Source of the DNA: Nitrosospira multiformis ATCC 25196
GTDB taxonomy: Bacteria > Pseudomonadota > Gammaproteobacteria > Burkholderiales > Nitrosomonadaceae
Assembly (NCBI RefSeq): GCF_000196355.1
Contig: NC_007614.1
Span: forward strand, 1,230,001-1,262,000
Direction: 5' to 3'
Length of the DNA stretch: 32,000 nucleotides
Below the pieces are notes generated by a model. The model ran no database searches. It worked only from the letters and a program-made list of their open reading frames with translations, and was not told the DNA's origin. Positions within the stretch are counted from its first letter, which is position 1, and every line of letters starts with the position of its first letter. This document shows positions 10,425-19,812 of the stretch, piece by piece. The translations under genes and the position numbers were made by a program.

Positions 10425-11165
10425 ATGCTGCAAAATCAGATAGCACTTGTAACCGGCGCCAGTCGGGGAATCGGACAAGCCATTGCCCTTGAACTCGGCA
10501 GACAGGGGATTACCGTCATCGGTACAGCCACAACAGAGGAGGGCGCCCGAAATGTCGATCACTTCCTGAAAGAGGCTGGCTGCAAAGGCAGGGGGATGGC
10601 ATTGAACGTGAATAATCCTTCCCAGGTGGAAAGTGTTGTCAAGGCAGTACAAGAGGAGTTTGGCGGGATCACAATTCTGGTGAACAATGCCGGCATCACC
10701 CGCGACAACCTGCTTCTCCGCATGAAGGACGAGGAATGGGATGAGATCATGGAAACGGATCTCAAATCCGTGTTTCGCTTGAGCCGCGCCGTGCTGAGAT
10801 CAATGGTGAGAGTTCGGTACGGGCGCATCATCAATATTTCCTCGATAGTCGGCGCGACCGGAAATATCGGCCAAGCTAATTATGCCGCTGCAAAGGCCGG
10901 AATATTCGGTTTCAGCAAGTCCCTGGCTCGGGAGGTAGCTGGTCGCAATATCACGGTCAACTGTATTGCGCCCGGGTTCATTGCAACAGACATGACTCAA
11001 TCCCTTACAGAAAAACAACAGCAGGCATTATTTCAGCAGATTCCGCTTGGAAGACTTGGATGCCCCGAAGATGTGGCGGCAGCAGTGGCTTTTATTGCCT
11101 CACCCGCCGCTGCATACATAACGGGCGTCACCCTTCACGTGAACGGTGGAATGTATATGGATTAG
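10425..11165 (+). CDS. fabG: 3-oxoacyl-ACP reductase
   Basis: This is a 246-aa SDR. It has TGASRGIG and NNAG motifs and the YAAAKAG catalytic triad context. Confidence 0.96.
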   Translation: MLQNQIALVTGASRGIGQAIALELGRQGITVIGTATTEEGARNVDHFLKEAGCKGRGMALNVNNPSQVESVVKAVQEEFGGITILVNNAGITRDNLLLRMKDEEWDEIMETDLKSVFRLSRAVLRSMVRVRYGRIINISSIVGATGNIGQANYAAAKAGIFGFSKSLAREVAGRNITVNCIAPGFIATDMTQSLTEKQQQALFQQIPLGRLGCPEDVAAAVAFIASPAAAYITGVTLHVNGGMYMD

Positions 11166-11342
11166 CAACGGGAACGGCGCGCCATAAATGGATTCCATCT
11201 CATCCAGCCGCAATATGGGGCTATGAAGCTTTCAGGGTGAGTTTTGATGTCCGGGGTCTTCAGTCTGGAATGCGTCGATTTTACTAATATGGAAAACTTG
11301 CTAGAATGGCGGCGTTTTTTCTTACGGAGAGAGGTTATCTAG

Positions 11343-11579
11343 ATGGAAAACGTGGAACAACGTATAAAAAAAATCGTAGCGGAGCAATTGGGCGTCAACG
11401 AGGCTGATGTCAAAAGCGAATCCTCCTTTGTGGATGATCTGGGGGCCGATTCGCTCGATACAGTGGAGCTTGTGATGGCGCTGGAAGAGGAATTCGAGTG
11501 CGAAATTCCTGACGAACAGGCTGAGAAAATAAATACTGTTCAACAGGCAATCGACTATATCAATTCTCACAGCAACTGA
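11343..11579 (+). CDS. acpP: Acyl carrier protein
   Basis: The ORF is 78 aa. It carries the phosphopantetheine attachment motif [19 protein letters not shown]. Confidence 0.97.
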   Translation: MENVEQRIKKIVAEQLGVNEADVKSESSFVDDLGADSLDTVELVMALEEEFECEIPDEQAEKINTVQQAIDYINSHSN

Positions 11580-11612
11580 TTTTGTTTCCAGTAAATCCAT
11601 ATCGGAGTCATT

Positions 11613-12860
11613 TTGTCGAAACGTAGGGTAGTGATCACCGGACTAGGCATAATCTCGCCGGTCGGTAATTCGGTTTCAGATGCCTGGGCCAATATTCTTG
11701 CCGGAAAATCCGGGGTTACTCGAATCAGCCGTTTCGACTCTTCCCCCTTCGCTTCTCAGATAGCCGGAGAAGTCAAAGGTTTTGATATCACGAATTATCT
11801 TACCGCCAAGGACGCACGTCGAATGGATGTGTTCATTCATTACGGCATGGCTGCAGGGATTCAGGCGGTAAAGGATGCGGGTATTGGAGACATAGCCGCC
11901 AGTAAGCTCGATCCTGAACGAATCGGCGTCAATATTGGCTCCGGTATCGGGGGACTGTCCATGATCGAGGGAACGTATGACGCCTATCACGCTGGTGGCG
12001 TGCGCAAGATTTCCCCATTTTTCATTCCCAGCACCATCATCAACATGATCGCAGGTAACCTGTCCATCATGTATGGTTTTCAAGGACCGAATCTGGCCAT
12101 TGTCACCGCTTGCACCACCGCTACCCACTGTGTGGGGGATTCAGCCCGGTTGATAGAATATGGCGATGTGGATGTGATGATCGCGGGTGGAGCCGAATCC
12201 TGTGTAACGCCCCTGGCGATAGGGGGATTTGCGGCAGCACGGGCGCTTTCCACCCGTAATGATGACCCTGCCACTGCCAGTCGGCCATGGGATAAGGGGC
12301 GCGATGGTTTTGTCCTGGGCGAGGGAGCCGGTGTTCTGGTGCTGGAAGAGATGGAGCATGCCCGACGTCGCGGAGCCAGGATTTATGCTGAGCTTGCCGG
12401 TTTTGGCATGAGTGCCGATGCGTACCACATGACTGCACCCTCTGAAGACGGGGAGGGCGCTGCGCGTTGCATGACGAATGCGCTCCGGAATGCCGGGCTG
12501 AACGCAGATGAGGTCGACTATATCAATGCCCATGGTACATCGACGCCATTGGGGGATGTTGCAGAAACCGTTGCAGTAAAGCGATGCTTTGGAGAGCATG
12601 CAAAACAGCTCGTGATGAATTCTACAAAATCCATGACGGGTCATCTGCTCGGTGCGGCAGGCGGGGTAGAAGCAATATTCAGTGCACTGGCCGTACACCA
12701 CCAGGTTTCACCTCCCACGATCAATATTTTCGATCAGGACCCGGAGTGCGATCTGGATTATGTTCCCAACCATGCGCGAGAAATGAAGATCGATGTGGCA
12801 ATGTCGAACTCATTTGGTTTTGGCGGCACGAATGGCACCTTGATTTTCCGAAGAGCCTGA
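11613..12860 (+). CDS. fabF: 3-oxoacyl-ACP synthase II
   Basis: The 415-aa ORF has a TTG start with a GGAG RBS. It contains ACTTATH (active Cys), INAHGTSTPLGD and the GHLLGAAG motif. Confidence 0.96.
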   Translation: MSKRRVVITGLGIISPVGNSVSDAWANILAGKSGVTRISRFDSSPFASQIAGEVKGFDITNYLTAKDARRMDVFIHYGMAAGIQAVKDAGIGDIAASKLDPERIGVNIGSGIGGLSMIEGTYDAYHAGGVRKISPFFIPSTIINMIAGNLSIMYGFQGPNLAIVTACTTATHCVGDSARLIEYGDVDVMIAGGAESCVTPLAIGGFAAARALSTRNDDPATASRPWDKGRDGFVLGEGAGVLVLEEMEHARRRGARIYAELAGFGMSADAYHMTAPSEDGEGAARCMTNALRNAGLNADEVDYINAHGTSTPLGDVAETVAVKRCFGEHAKQLVMNSTKSMTGHLLGAAGGVEAIFSALAVHHQVSPPTINIFDQDPECDLDYVPNHAREMKIDVAMSNSFGFGGTNGTLIFRRA

Positions 12861-12870
12861 TTTTTGCTTT

Positions 12871-13863
12871 GTGGCGAAACTACTGAAGCGCTTCATCCGC
12901 GTCATTTTTCTGGGAATGGCGTTCTTTTCCGCATGGGTGGGGTATAGAGTCAGCAAACCTGTTGAGCTTCCCATCGTTCCTTATGAATTTTCGATCGAGC
13001 AAGGCAGCAGTGTAAAAACCATAGCCAGTCAACTGGCGTATGCCGGTGTTTTGCCTGACGCTTGGTCTTTTGTCCTGTTGTCGCGCTTGATGGGTGTCGC
13101 TACATCGCTCAAGGCGGGGGACTATGAGCTCACTGCGAGCATTTCGCCATTTCAATTGCTACAGCGGATAACCAGGGGTGATAGCAGCCAGAGTGAAATC
13201 AGATTCATTGAGGGTTGGACGTTTTCCCAACTCAGGCGAATATTGGATGAGCACCCGGCTCTCCGTCACCAGACCACTCACCTGAGCAATGCGGAGATTC
13301 TGCGGCTGATCGGAGCAACCGAGACTGCGGCAGAGGGGCTGTTTTTTCCGGACACCTATTTCTTTGCCCGCGGGAGCAGCGATGTGGCAGTATTGAAACG
13401 CGCCTATCGCGCGATGCGCAACCACATGGATAGCGCCTGGGCACAGCGGGCAGCAAACCTTCCTCTGAAAGATCCGTACGAGGCACTGATCCTGGCATCG
13501 ATCGTTGAAAAGGAAACAGGCCGGGAGGATGATCGCGGAATGGTTGCAGCCGTGTTTATCAACCGCTTGCGGTCACGCATGTTGCTACAGACGGATCCGA
13601 CAGTTATTTATGGTCTGGGCGATAAATTCGATGGCAATCTGCGTAAAAAAGATCTCTTGAGCGACCAGGAATATAACACTTACATACGTCCTGGCTTGCC
13701 ACCAACTCCCATTGCCTTGCCTGGTTTGGCTTCAATCCGCGCCGTGCTCAACCCCGCAACGACTGACGCGCTGTATTTTGTTGCGAAAGGGAACGGAGAG
13801 TCGCATTTTTCCAGCAATCTGTCTGACCATAACCGGGCCGTTTCCAAATATCAGAAACGGTAG
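12871..13863 (+). CDS. mltG: Endolytic murein transglycosylase MltG (YceG family)
   Basis: The 330-aa ORF has a GTG start and an N-terminal TM segment (VIFLGMAFFSAWVGY). The YceG signature is present: ASIVEKET, QTDPTVIYG, YNTY and PGLPPTPI. Confidence 0.93.
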   Translation: MAKLLKRFIRVIFLGMAFFSAWVGYRVSKPVELPIVPYEFSIEQGSSVKTIASQLAYAGVLPDAWSFVLLSRLMGVATSLKAGDYELTASISPFQLLQRITRGDSSQSEIRFIEGWTFSQLRRILDEHPALRHQTTHLSNAEILRLIGATETAAEGLFFPDTYFFARGSSDVAVLKRAYRAMRNHMDSAWAQRAANLPLKDPYEALILASIVEKETGREDDRGMVAAVFINRLRSRMLLQTDPTVIYGLGDKFDGNLRKKDLLSDQEYNTYIRPGLPPTPIALPGLASIRAVLNPATTDALYFVAKGNGESHFSSNLSDHNRAVSKYQKR

Positions 13864-14108
13864 CATCCGCTCCCATGACATATGTGTACCCGCACTCGTG
13901 AAAGGTAGCACTTTTTCCCTTATTTAATCCTGATTTCAACCCCTTTCGCAAAAGTTAAATTGAATATTACCTTCTTCAAAAGTAAAATAGTGCGTTATTT
14001 ATCACAACGATAAGCAGAGCTGAGCCGGATGTCTTCAGCCATCCGGGCCGCGCCAGTTCCCCTCCCCATCAGTCTCCAAAATTAAATAACTCAATCAGGA
14101 AGGAGCAA

Positions 14109-15059
14109 ATGAGTCATACACTATATGAAGCCTCTGTCATTCGTGTGCAACGATGCGAACTGGCTGTTCCCGGTTCAAATCCTGGCATGTTCGAGAAAGC
14201 CCTGAAAAGCGGGGTAGATTTCGTTTTTCTCGATCTCGAAGACGCCGTTGCCCCGGATGACAAGCTGACTGCGCGAAAAAACGTTATCGAGGCGCTCAAC
14301 GACCTGGATTGGAGAGGTCACGGGGTGACTGTTTCAGTACGGATAAACGGTCTGGATACCCAGTTCATGGTTCGTGATGTGGTGGATGTGGTCGAAAAAG
14401 CAGGCCATAAACTGGATACCATACTGATCCCGAAGGTGGGAGTATATTCTGATGTCTATATGGTTGAAGCCATGCTCAACCAGCTGGAGATGCAGCAGGG
14501 ATTGAAAAACCGGATAGGCATTGAAGCATTGATTGAAACGGCCCTGGGTATGGCGAATGTGGAAGACATCGCGCGCCATGGTGTGCGCGGACGGCTGGAG
14601 GCGCTCCACTTCGGGGTGGCGGATTACGCGGCCAGCAATCGCGCCAGAACGACAAATATCGGCGGCCTCAATCCGGACTATCCTGGGGACCAGTGGCATG
14701 CCGCCATCAGCCGGATGACTGTCGCCTGCCGTGCCTATGGTTTAAGGCCGATAGATGGTCCTTTTGGCGATATCCAGGATCCGGAAGGCTATAAAGCGGC
14801 GGCCCGACGAGCTGCCGCTTTGGGCTGTGAAGGTAAATGGGCTATCCATCCGTCGCAAATCGATCTTGCCAACGAGGTTTTCACGCCACCTCCATCCGAA
14901 GTTGAAAAAGCACAACGTATCCTTGCGGCATTGCAGGAAGCGGCAGCTCAAGGGAAAGGGGCAGCTGCGCTGGACGGGCGCCTGATCGATGCCGCATCCG
15001 CAAGAATGGCCAATAACGTGGTAAAAATGGCAGAGGCGATAGGCGCAACCGCGACATAG
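14109..15059 (+). CDS. mcl: L-malyl-CoA/beta-methylmalyl-CoA lyase (HpcH/CitE family)
   Basis: The 316-aa ORF contains ELAVPGSNP, FLDLEDAVAPDDK, IPKVG, ACRAYGLRPIDGPFGD and GKWAIHPSQIDLANEVFTP. These closely track Methylobacterium MclA as I recall it. It is directly followed by mtkAB-type genes. Confidence 0.85.
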   Translation: MSHTLYEASVIRVQRCELAVPGSNPGMFEKALKSGVDFVFLDLEDAVAPDDKLTARKNVIEALNDLDWRGHGVTVSVRINGLDTQFMVRDVVDVVEKAGHKLDTILIPKVGVYSDVYMVEAMLNQLEMQQGLKNRIGIEALIETALGMANVEDIARHGVRGRLEALHFGVADYAASNRARTTNIGGLNPDYPGDQWHAAISRMTVACRAYGLRPIDGPFGDIQDPEGYKAAARRAAALGCEGKWAIHPSQIDLANEVFTPPPSEVEKAQRILAALQEAAAQGKGAAALDGRLIDAASARMANNVVKMAEAIGATAT

Positions 15060-15276
15060 CCTTCCGACCGCATCGAGCGGTCTTTCTTTTTCTCCTGATC
15101 CTGCCGGTGGAGACACTCAGGTTGGCCGGTACATTACTGTGAAGTGTGAAGCCGTTTCCATCAGGCAGGTTCGCTTTGTGCTTGAGCAATTCAAGGAATC
15201 CATGAAGCCTCCTGAATTGCGAGAGTCATGACCCCGGGGAATAGTGAAAATCATTGTTGATAAATAAGGTGACGCA

Positions 15277-16467
15277 TTGGATATACATGAGTATCAGGCA
15301 AAAGAAATTTTAATGAGGTATGGGGTCAAGATAGCGGAAGGGGGGTTGGCATATACGATAGAAGAAAGTGTGCAGCGTGCCAGGGAAATCGACGGCAATG
15401 TATGGGTGGTGAAGGCGCAGATCCATTCGGGGGGGCGGGGCAAGGCGGGCGGCATCAAGGTATGCAGGACTCATGACGAAGTCCGGGCAGCCTCTGAGGA
15501 GTTGCTGGGAAAGATTCTGGTGACCCGTCAGACCGGAGCCGTGGGGAAGGTGTGTACACGGGTATATGTGGAAGCGGGCACGCACATTGCCAGGGAGATG
15601 TATCTCTGCTTTCTGATAGACAGGAGTTCGGAGCGCATCGTCATGATAGGCTCGGGGCAGGGTGGAATGGAAATCGAGGAACTGGCTCACACAAATCCTC
15701 AGGCCATCAAGAAGATTTTTATCGAACCCGCAGTTGGGTTGCAGGATTTTCAAGCGAGAGAGATGGCTTTTGCACTAGGGGTGGAAGCGGCACAACTGCC
15801 TCATGCCGTTAAAACCATTCGGGGGTGTTACCGCGCCTTGCGTGATCTGGATGCGAACATGGTGGAAATCAACCCCCTCGTGATCACTGGGAGCGGCGAA
15901 CTTCTTGCTCTTGACGCAAAAATGAGCTTCGACGAAAACGCCTTGTTTCGCCGGCACGAGGTTGCCGAATTGCGTGATAAAACACAAGCCGATCCTCGGG
16001 AGGTGGCAGCCTCCGATCATGGCTTGAGCTACATCGGATTGAACGGTGACATCGGATGCATGATAAACGGCGCCGGGCTTGCCATGGCAACGATGGATAT
16101 GATCAAGCTCGCGGGCGGCGAGCCGGCAAATTTCCTTGATGTGGGAGGAGGGGCGTCCGCGGAGCGTACGGAAAAGGCGTTTCGCCTGGTTTTGGCTGAT
16201 AAAGGAGTCAAGGCGATGCTGGTCAATATTTTTGCAGGTATTAATCGCTGCGACTGGATTGCGCAAGGCGTCGTGCAGGCGGTAAGAAATATCGATATGA
16301 AAATCCCGCTGGTCGTGCGCTTGTCCGGTACAAATGTCGAGGAGGGCCAGCGGATCATTGCCGAAAGCGGTTTGCCGATCATCACAGCGGGAACGCTGGC
16401 GGAAGCAGCGGAGAAGGTTGTCCAGGCGCGCAATGGCGCGGTTGCGGAAGAGTGCAAAGGGATATAA
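15277..16467 (+). CDS. mtkA: Malate--CoA ligase (malate thiokinase) beta subunit; SucC paralogue family
   Basis: The 396-aa ATP-grasp ORF has a TTG start ([10 protein letters not shown]). The stretches [34 protein letters not shown] and [17 protein letters not shown] resemble MtkA rather than E. coli SucC. This comparison is from memory and needs alignment. The adjacent mcl supports the call. Confidence 0.8.
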   Translation: MDIHEYQAKEILMRYGVKIAEGGLAYTIEESVQRAREIDGNVWVVKAQIHSGGRGKAGGIKVCRTHDEVRAASEELLGKILVTRQTGAVGKVCTRVYVEAGTHIAREMYLCFLIDRSSERIVMIGSGQGGMEIEELAHTNPQAIKKIFIEPAVGLQDFQAREMAFALGVEAAQLPHAVKTIRGCYRALRDLDANMVEINPLVITGSGELLALDAKMSFDENALFRRHEVAELRDKTQADPREVAASDHGLSYIGLNGDIGCMINGAGLAMATMDMIKLAGGEPANFLDVGGGASAERTEKAFRLVLADKGVKAMLVNIFAGINRCDWIAQGVVQAVRNIDMKIPLVVRLSGTNVEEGQRIIAESGLPIITAGTLAEAAEKVVQARNGAVAEECKGI

Positions 16468-17355
16468 ATGGCGATTTTAATTGATGAGAACACACGGATC
16501 ATAGTTCAGGGTTTCACCGGCAAGATCGGTACCTTTCATGCACAGGATATGATCAATTACGGTTCCAACATTGTCGGCGGCGTAACCCCCGGTAAAGGGG
16601 GGCAACAGCATCTGGGGCGACCGGTTTTCAATACGGTGAAAGAGGCTGTTCAGCAAGTCGGTGCGAATGCAAGCATCGTGTTTGTGCCTCCGGCATTTGC
16701 AGCGGACTCGATCATGGAAGCAGCCGACGCAGGCATCAAATATTGCGTTGCCATTACTGACGGTATTCCTACGCAGGATATGATGACGGTCAAGAACTTT
16801 TTACGCCGCTTTCCTATCGAAGAACGCATGGTACTTACCGGGCCGAATTGTGCGGGTACGATCAGCCCGGGCAGGGCGATGCTGGGAATCATGCCGGGCC
16901 ATATCTACATGGCGGGTGATGTGGGCGTCGTTGGCCGTTCCGGAACCTTGGGGTATGAAGCCGCAGATCAAATGCGGACATTGGGCATCGGCATATCGAC
17001 ATCGGTCGGGATTGGCGGAGACCCGATTATTGGCAGTTCCCATCGCGATATTCTGGAGAGATTCGAAGAGGATCCCGAAACAAAAGTAGTGGTCATGATT
17101 GGAGAAATTGGAGGACCCCAGGAAGTCGAGGCAGGCATTTTCTCCAGAGACTACATGAGCAAACCCCTGGTGGCGTATATTGCCGGACTGACCGCACCGG
17201 AAGGGCGTCGCATGGGACATGCGGGTGCGATTATCTCCGCGGCGGGTGAAAGCGCTGCGGAAAAAGTTGCCATCTTGAAAGAACTTGGGGTCACCATTTC
17301 CCCCACTCCTTCAGCCATAGGGGAGACAGTCGCAAAGGTCTTGGCTAAGATGTAA
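16468..17355 (+). CDS. mtkB: Malate--CoA ligase (malate thiokinase) alpha subunit; SucD paralogue family
   Basis: The 295-aa ORF starts at the base immediately after the mtkA stop. It has the phospho-His motif MGHAGAII. RRFPIEERMVLTGPNCAGTISPGRAMLGIMPGHIY is MtkB-like rather than SucD-like. Confidence 0.8.
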   Translation: MAILIDENTRIIVQGFTGKIGTFHAQDMINYGSNIVGGVTPGKGGQQHLGRPVFNTVKEAVQQVGANASIVFVPPAFAADSIMEAADAGIKYCVAITDGIPTQDMMTVKNFLRRFPIEERMVLTGPNCAGTISPGRAMLGIMPGHIYMAGDVGVVGRSGTLGYEAADQMRTLGIGISTSVGIGGDPIIGSSHRDILERFEEDPETKVVVMIGEIGGPQEVEAGIFSRDYMSKPLVAYIAGLTAPEGRRMGHAGAIISAAGESAAEKVAILKELGVTISPTPSAIGETVAKVLAKM

Positions 17356-17407
17356 GCGCGCAAAAGATTTTGCCCCGCACTTTTTGAAATGAACGTGGAG
17401 GCTTGAT

Positions 17408-17779
17408 ATGTCAATCTGGATGACAGCGTTAAAAATCATTCCCTGGGGGAATGTGGTGGAATCCGCACCGCATATCGTAAAGGCGGCCAAACACCTTTTT
17501 TCTGCCACAAAGAAGGAAACAGCCGATTTCTCGGCCGATTGGCAGACAGGAGATATCTCCGGCAGCCTGGATAAACGCGTTCGTTTCTTGGAGGCAAAAC
17601 TCATCGAGTTGAGCGATGAGCAAAGGTCTTCTGCCGAATTGATAAAGTCGCTCGCCGAGCAGAACGCCCTGATGGTCGAGGCAATCGAGGTTTTTCGAGT
17701 TCGTGTGAAAATGTTGCTTACTGTTTGTATCCTGCTTCTGGGGGGGTTTGCCGCTGTCATATTCAGGCTCGTGGTCTGA
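17408..17779 (+). CDS. Hypothetical tail-anchored coiled-coil protein (123 aa)
   Basis: A strong GGAGG RBS lies 8 nt upstream of the ATG. The central part has a heptad-like helical segment (RVRFLEAKLIELSDEQRSSAELIKSLAEQNALMVEAIEVF). There is a single C-terminal TM helix (MLLTVCILLLGGFAAVIF). I recognise no family. Confidence 0.6.
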   Translation: MSIWMTALKIIPWGNVVESAPHIVKAAKHLFSATKKETADFSADWQTGDISGSLDKRVRFLEAKLIELSDEQRSSAELIKSLAEQNALMVEAIEVFRVRVKMLLTVCILLLGGFAAVIFRLVV

Positions 17780-17959
17780 TTTCAATTTTCTTGACATGGG
17801 ATGTGTGTCCGGTTAGGCTACGCGCTGTTTTGGTCTGACCCCGTTACGTGGGTCTTTCCGGGCGCAGCGGATATGTGCAGGGGAGGCCGTATTCAATATG
17901 GATGCGGTGATGCAGATATCCGGGGAACATTGAATGATTTCGCGGAATTGCAGCATTTT

Positions 17960-17988
17960 TTGCGCCTTCCGGTTATCCCGATTTTACT
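17960..17988 (+). promoter_or_regulatory. Candidate sigma70-type hao promoter (-35 TTGCGC, 17-nt spacer, -10 TTTACT)
   Basis: This is a pattern match only. It would place a transcription start about 70 nt upstream of the hao ATG. An alternative perfect -35 TTGACA at 17791-17796 pairs with only a weak -10 (TAGGCT). Confidence 0.25.
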
Positions 17989-18067
17989 CTGCGACGTCCT
18001 TTCGCAAGGACTTGTTCAACGTTCCTGATAAACAACAACATCATTACGGAGTAAAGGAGAGAAGCAG

Positions 18068-19780
18068 ATGTTAATGAAGCCTTGGCTGAGGCTGGTTACG
18101 CTTGCGTGTGGGGTGCTGTTTGCGGGCGCCACGTGGGCTAACTTTCCCAGCGTTCCCAAAGAGACGTATAAGGCGCTGAAGCTGGAGCAGTCGGCCTCGC
18201 CGAAGGAACTGCATTCGGCGCTGGTGAAGCGATACAAGGATCCTGCGCAGGGAGCGGGGCGCGGCACGCTGGCGAAGTACTGGGAGCCGATCCCGATGAG
18301 CATGTACTTTGACCCTGCCTCGTACTACAAGCCGCCGACCTCGATGAAGGAAGTAGCGGCGCGTGAGGAATGCGTCAAATGCCACACGGACGAATCGCCG
18401 GTATGGGTGAGTGCGTGGAAGCGGAGCACGCACGCGAACCTGGACAAGATCCGGAACCTGAAGCCTGAAGACCCGACGTACTACAAGAAGGCGAAGCTTG
18501 AAGACGTGGAGAAGAATCTTCGCTCGATGGGCAAGCTTGGGGCCAACGACAAGCTCAAGGAAGTAGGATGCATCGACTGTCACGTTGACATCAACAAGAA
18601 GGACAAGGCAGACCACATGAAGGATCTGCGGATGCCGACGGCGGACGTATGCGGCACCTGCCACCTGCAGGAATTTGCCGAACGCGAATCCGAGCGCGAC
18701 ACGCTGGTATGGCCGAACAAGCAATGGCCGCAGGGACGCCCCTCGCACTCGCTGGACTGGAAGGCCAACGTAGAAGTAGCGGTATTTGCCTCCATGCCGC
18801 AGCGCGAGATTGCCGAAGGCTGCAGCATGTGCCACACCAACCAGAACAAATGCGACTCCTGCCACACGCGGCACGAATTCTCTGCTGCCGAGTCGCGTCA
18901 TCCTGAAGCGTGCGCCACCTGCCACAGCGGGGTAGACCACAACAACTGGGAAGCCTACTCCATGAGCAAGCACGGCAAGACCGTAGCGATCATGGGGGAC
19001 AAGTGGAACTGGAATGCGCCGCTCAAGGACGCCTACACCAAGGGCGGGCAGACTGCGCCCACCTGTGCCGGCTGCCACTTCGAATATGAAGGCAAGTACA
19101 GCCACAACGTCGTGAGGAAGATACGCTGGGCCAACTACCCTGCGGTTCCCGGCATAGCCGAGAACATCAACAGCGAATGGTCGGAAGCGCGGCTTGACTC
19201 CTGGGTCAAGACCTGCACCTCCTGCCACTCCGAGCGTTTTGCCCGCTCCTATCTTGAATTCATGGACAAGGGCACGCTGCACGGCATCGCCAAGTACAAG
19301 GAAGCGCACGCGGTGGCTGAGAAGCTCTACAAGGAAGGGCTGCTGACCGGCCAGAAGACCAACCGTCCGACGCCGCTGCCGCCCGACAAGGAAATGTTCG
19401 CAGGCTTCACCCAGCTCTACTGGAGCAAGGACAACAACCCTGCTGCGATCGAGCTCAAGGTACTGGAAATGGGAGAGAACAACCTTCCCAAACTGCACGT
19501 AGGGCTGGCGCACGTCAACCCGGGCGGCTGGACCTATACCGAAGGCTGGGGCCCGATGAACCGCGACTACGTCGAAGTCATGGACGAGAACACCAAGATC
19601 CGTGAAATGGCGGCGTTGCAGGCGAAGGTAGCGAAGCTCGAGGCCAAGCGCAAGGCAAGCCTGTTCGACCTTGACAGCAGCGAGAAGCTCTCGCTTGGCG
19701 GTCTGGGTGGCGGCATGCTGCTAGCTGGCACGCTTGCCCTGGCAGGCTGGCGCCGGCGCGAGAAAAGCGAGCGTCAGTAA
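18068..19780 (+). CDS. hao: Hydroxylamine oxidoreductase (octahaem, P460-containing)
   Basis: The 570-aa ORF has an AAGGAG RBS 8 nt upstream and a signal peptide. It has eight CxxCH motifs: CVKCH, CIDCH, CGTCH, CSMCH, CDSCH, CATCH, CAGCH and CTSCH. The conserved cross-linking Tyr context [13 protein letters not shown] is present. There is a C-terminal TM anchor ([18 protein letters not shown]). Confidence 0.98.
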   Translation: MLMKPWLRLVTLACGVLFAGATWANFPSVPKETYKALKLEQSASPKELHSALVKRYKDPAQGAGRGTLAKYWEPIPMSMYFDPASYYKPPTSMKEVAAREECVKCHTDESPVWVSAWKRSTHANLDKIRNLKPEDPTYYKKAKLEDVEKNLRSMGKLGANDKLKEVGCIDCHVDINKKDKADHMKDLRMPTADVCGTCHLQEFAERESERDTLVWPNKQWPQGRPSHSLDWKANVEVAVFASMPQREIAEGCSMCHTNQNKCDSCHTRHEFSAAESRHPEACATCHSGVDHNNWEAYSMSKHGKTVAIMGDKWNWNAPLKDAYTKGGQTAPTCAGCHFEYEGKYSHNVVRKIRWANYPAVPGIAENINSEWSEARLDSWVKTCTSCHSERFARSYLEFMDKGTLHGIAKYKEAHAVAEKLYKEGLLTGQKTNRPTPLPPDKEMFAGFTQLYWSKDNNPAAIELKVLEMGENNLPKLHVGLAHVNPGGWTYTEGWGPMNRDYVEVMDENTKIREMAALQAKVAKLEAKRKASLFDLDSSEKLSLGGLGGGMLLAGTLALAGWRRREKSERQ

Positions 19781-19812
19781 GCACTATCAGCACTGAAGGT
19801 TAGATAACAAGT

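Noticed and set aside
14020-14053. Alternative hairpins gctga...tcagc and ccggatg...catccgg upstream of mcl as an mltG terminator
   Set aside because: The stems are short and no U-tract follows. The location is equally compatible with an mcl leader, so the evidence is insufficient to call a feature.
15277-17355. Annotation of the two ligase genes as ordinary succinyl-CoA synthetase sucCD
   Set aside because: The family is the same. However, the adjacent malyl-CoA lyase gene and several MtkA/MtkB-like sequence blocks favour malate thiokinase. This is kept as the alternative hypothesis in the corresponding finding, because I cannot run an alignment.
17801-18028. 75-aa ORF in the hao upstream region
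   Set aside because: It has no RBS and the sequence is Cys/Gly-rich and irregular. It occupies the expected hao promoter and leader region.
18071-19513. 480-aa ORF on the - strand, antisense to hao
   Set aside because: It lies entirely within the very well supported hao CDS. Its translation is Arg/Leu/Val/Pro-rich low-complexity sequence with no motifs. It is the expected shadow of a strongly G/C-ending codon bias, which removes antisense stop codons.
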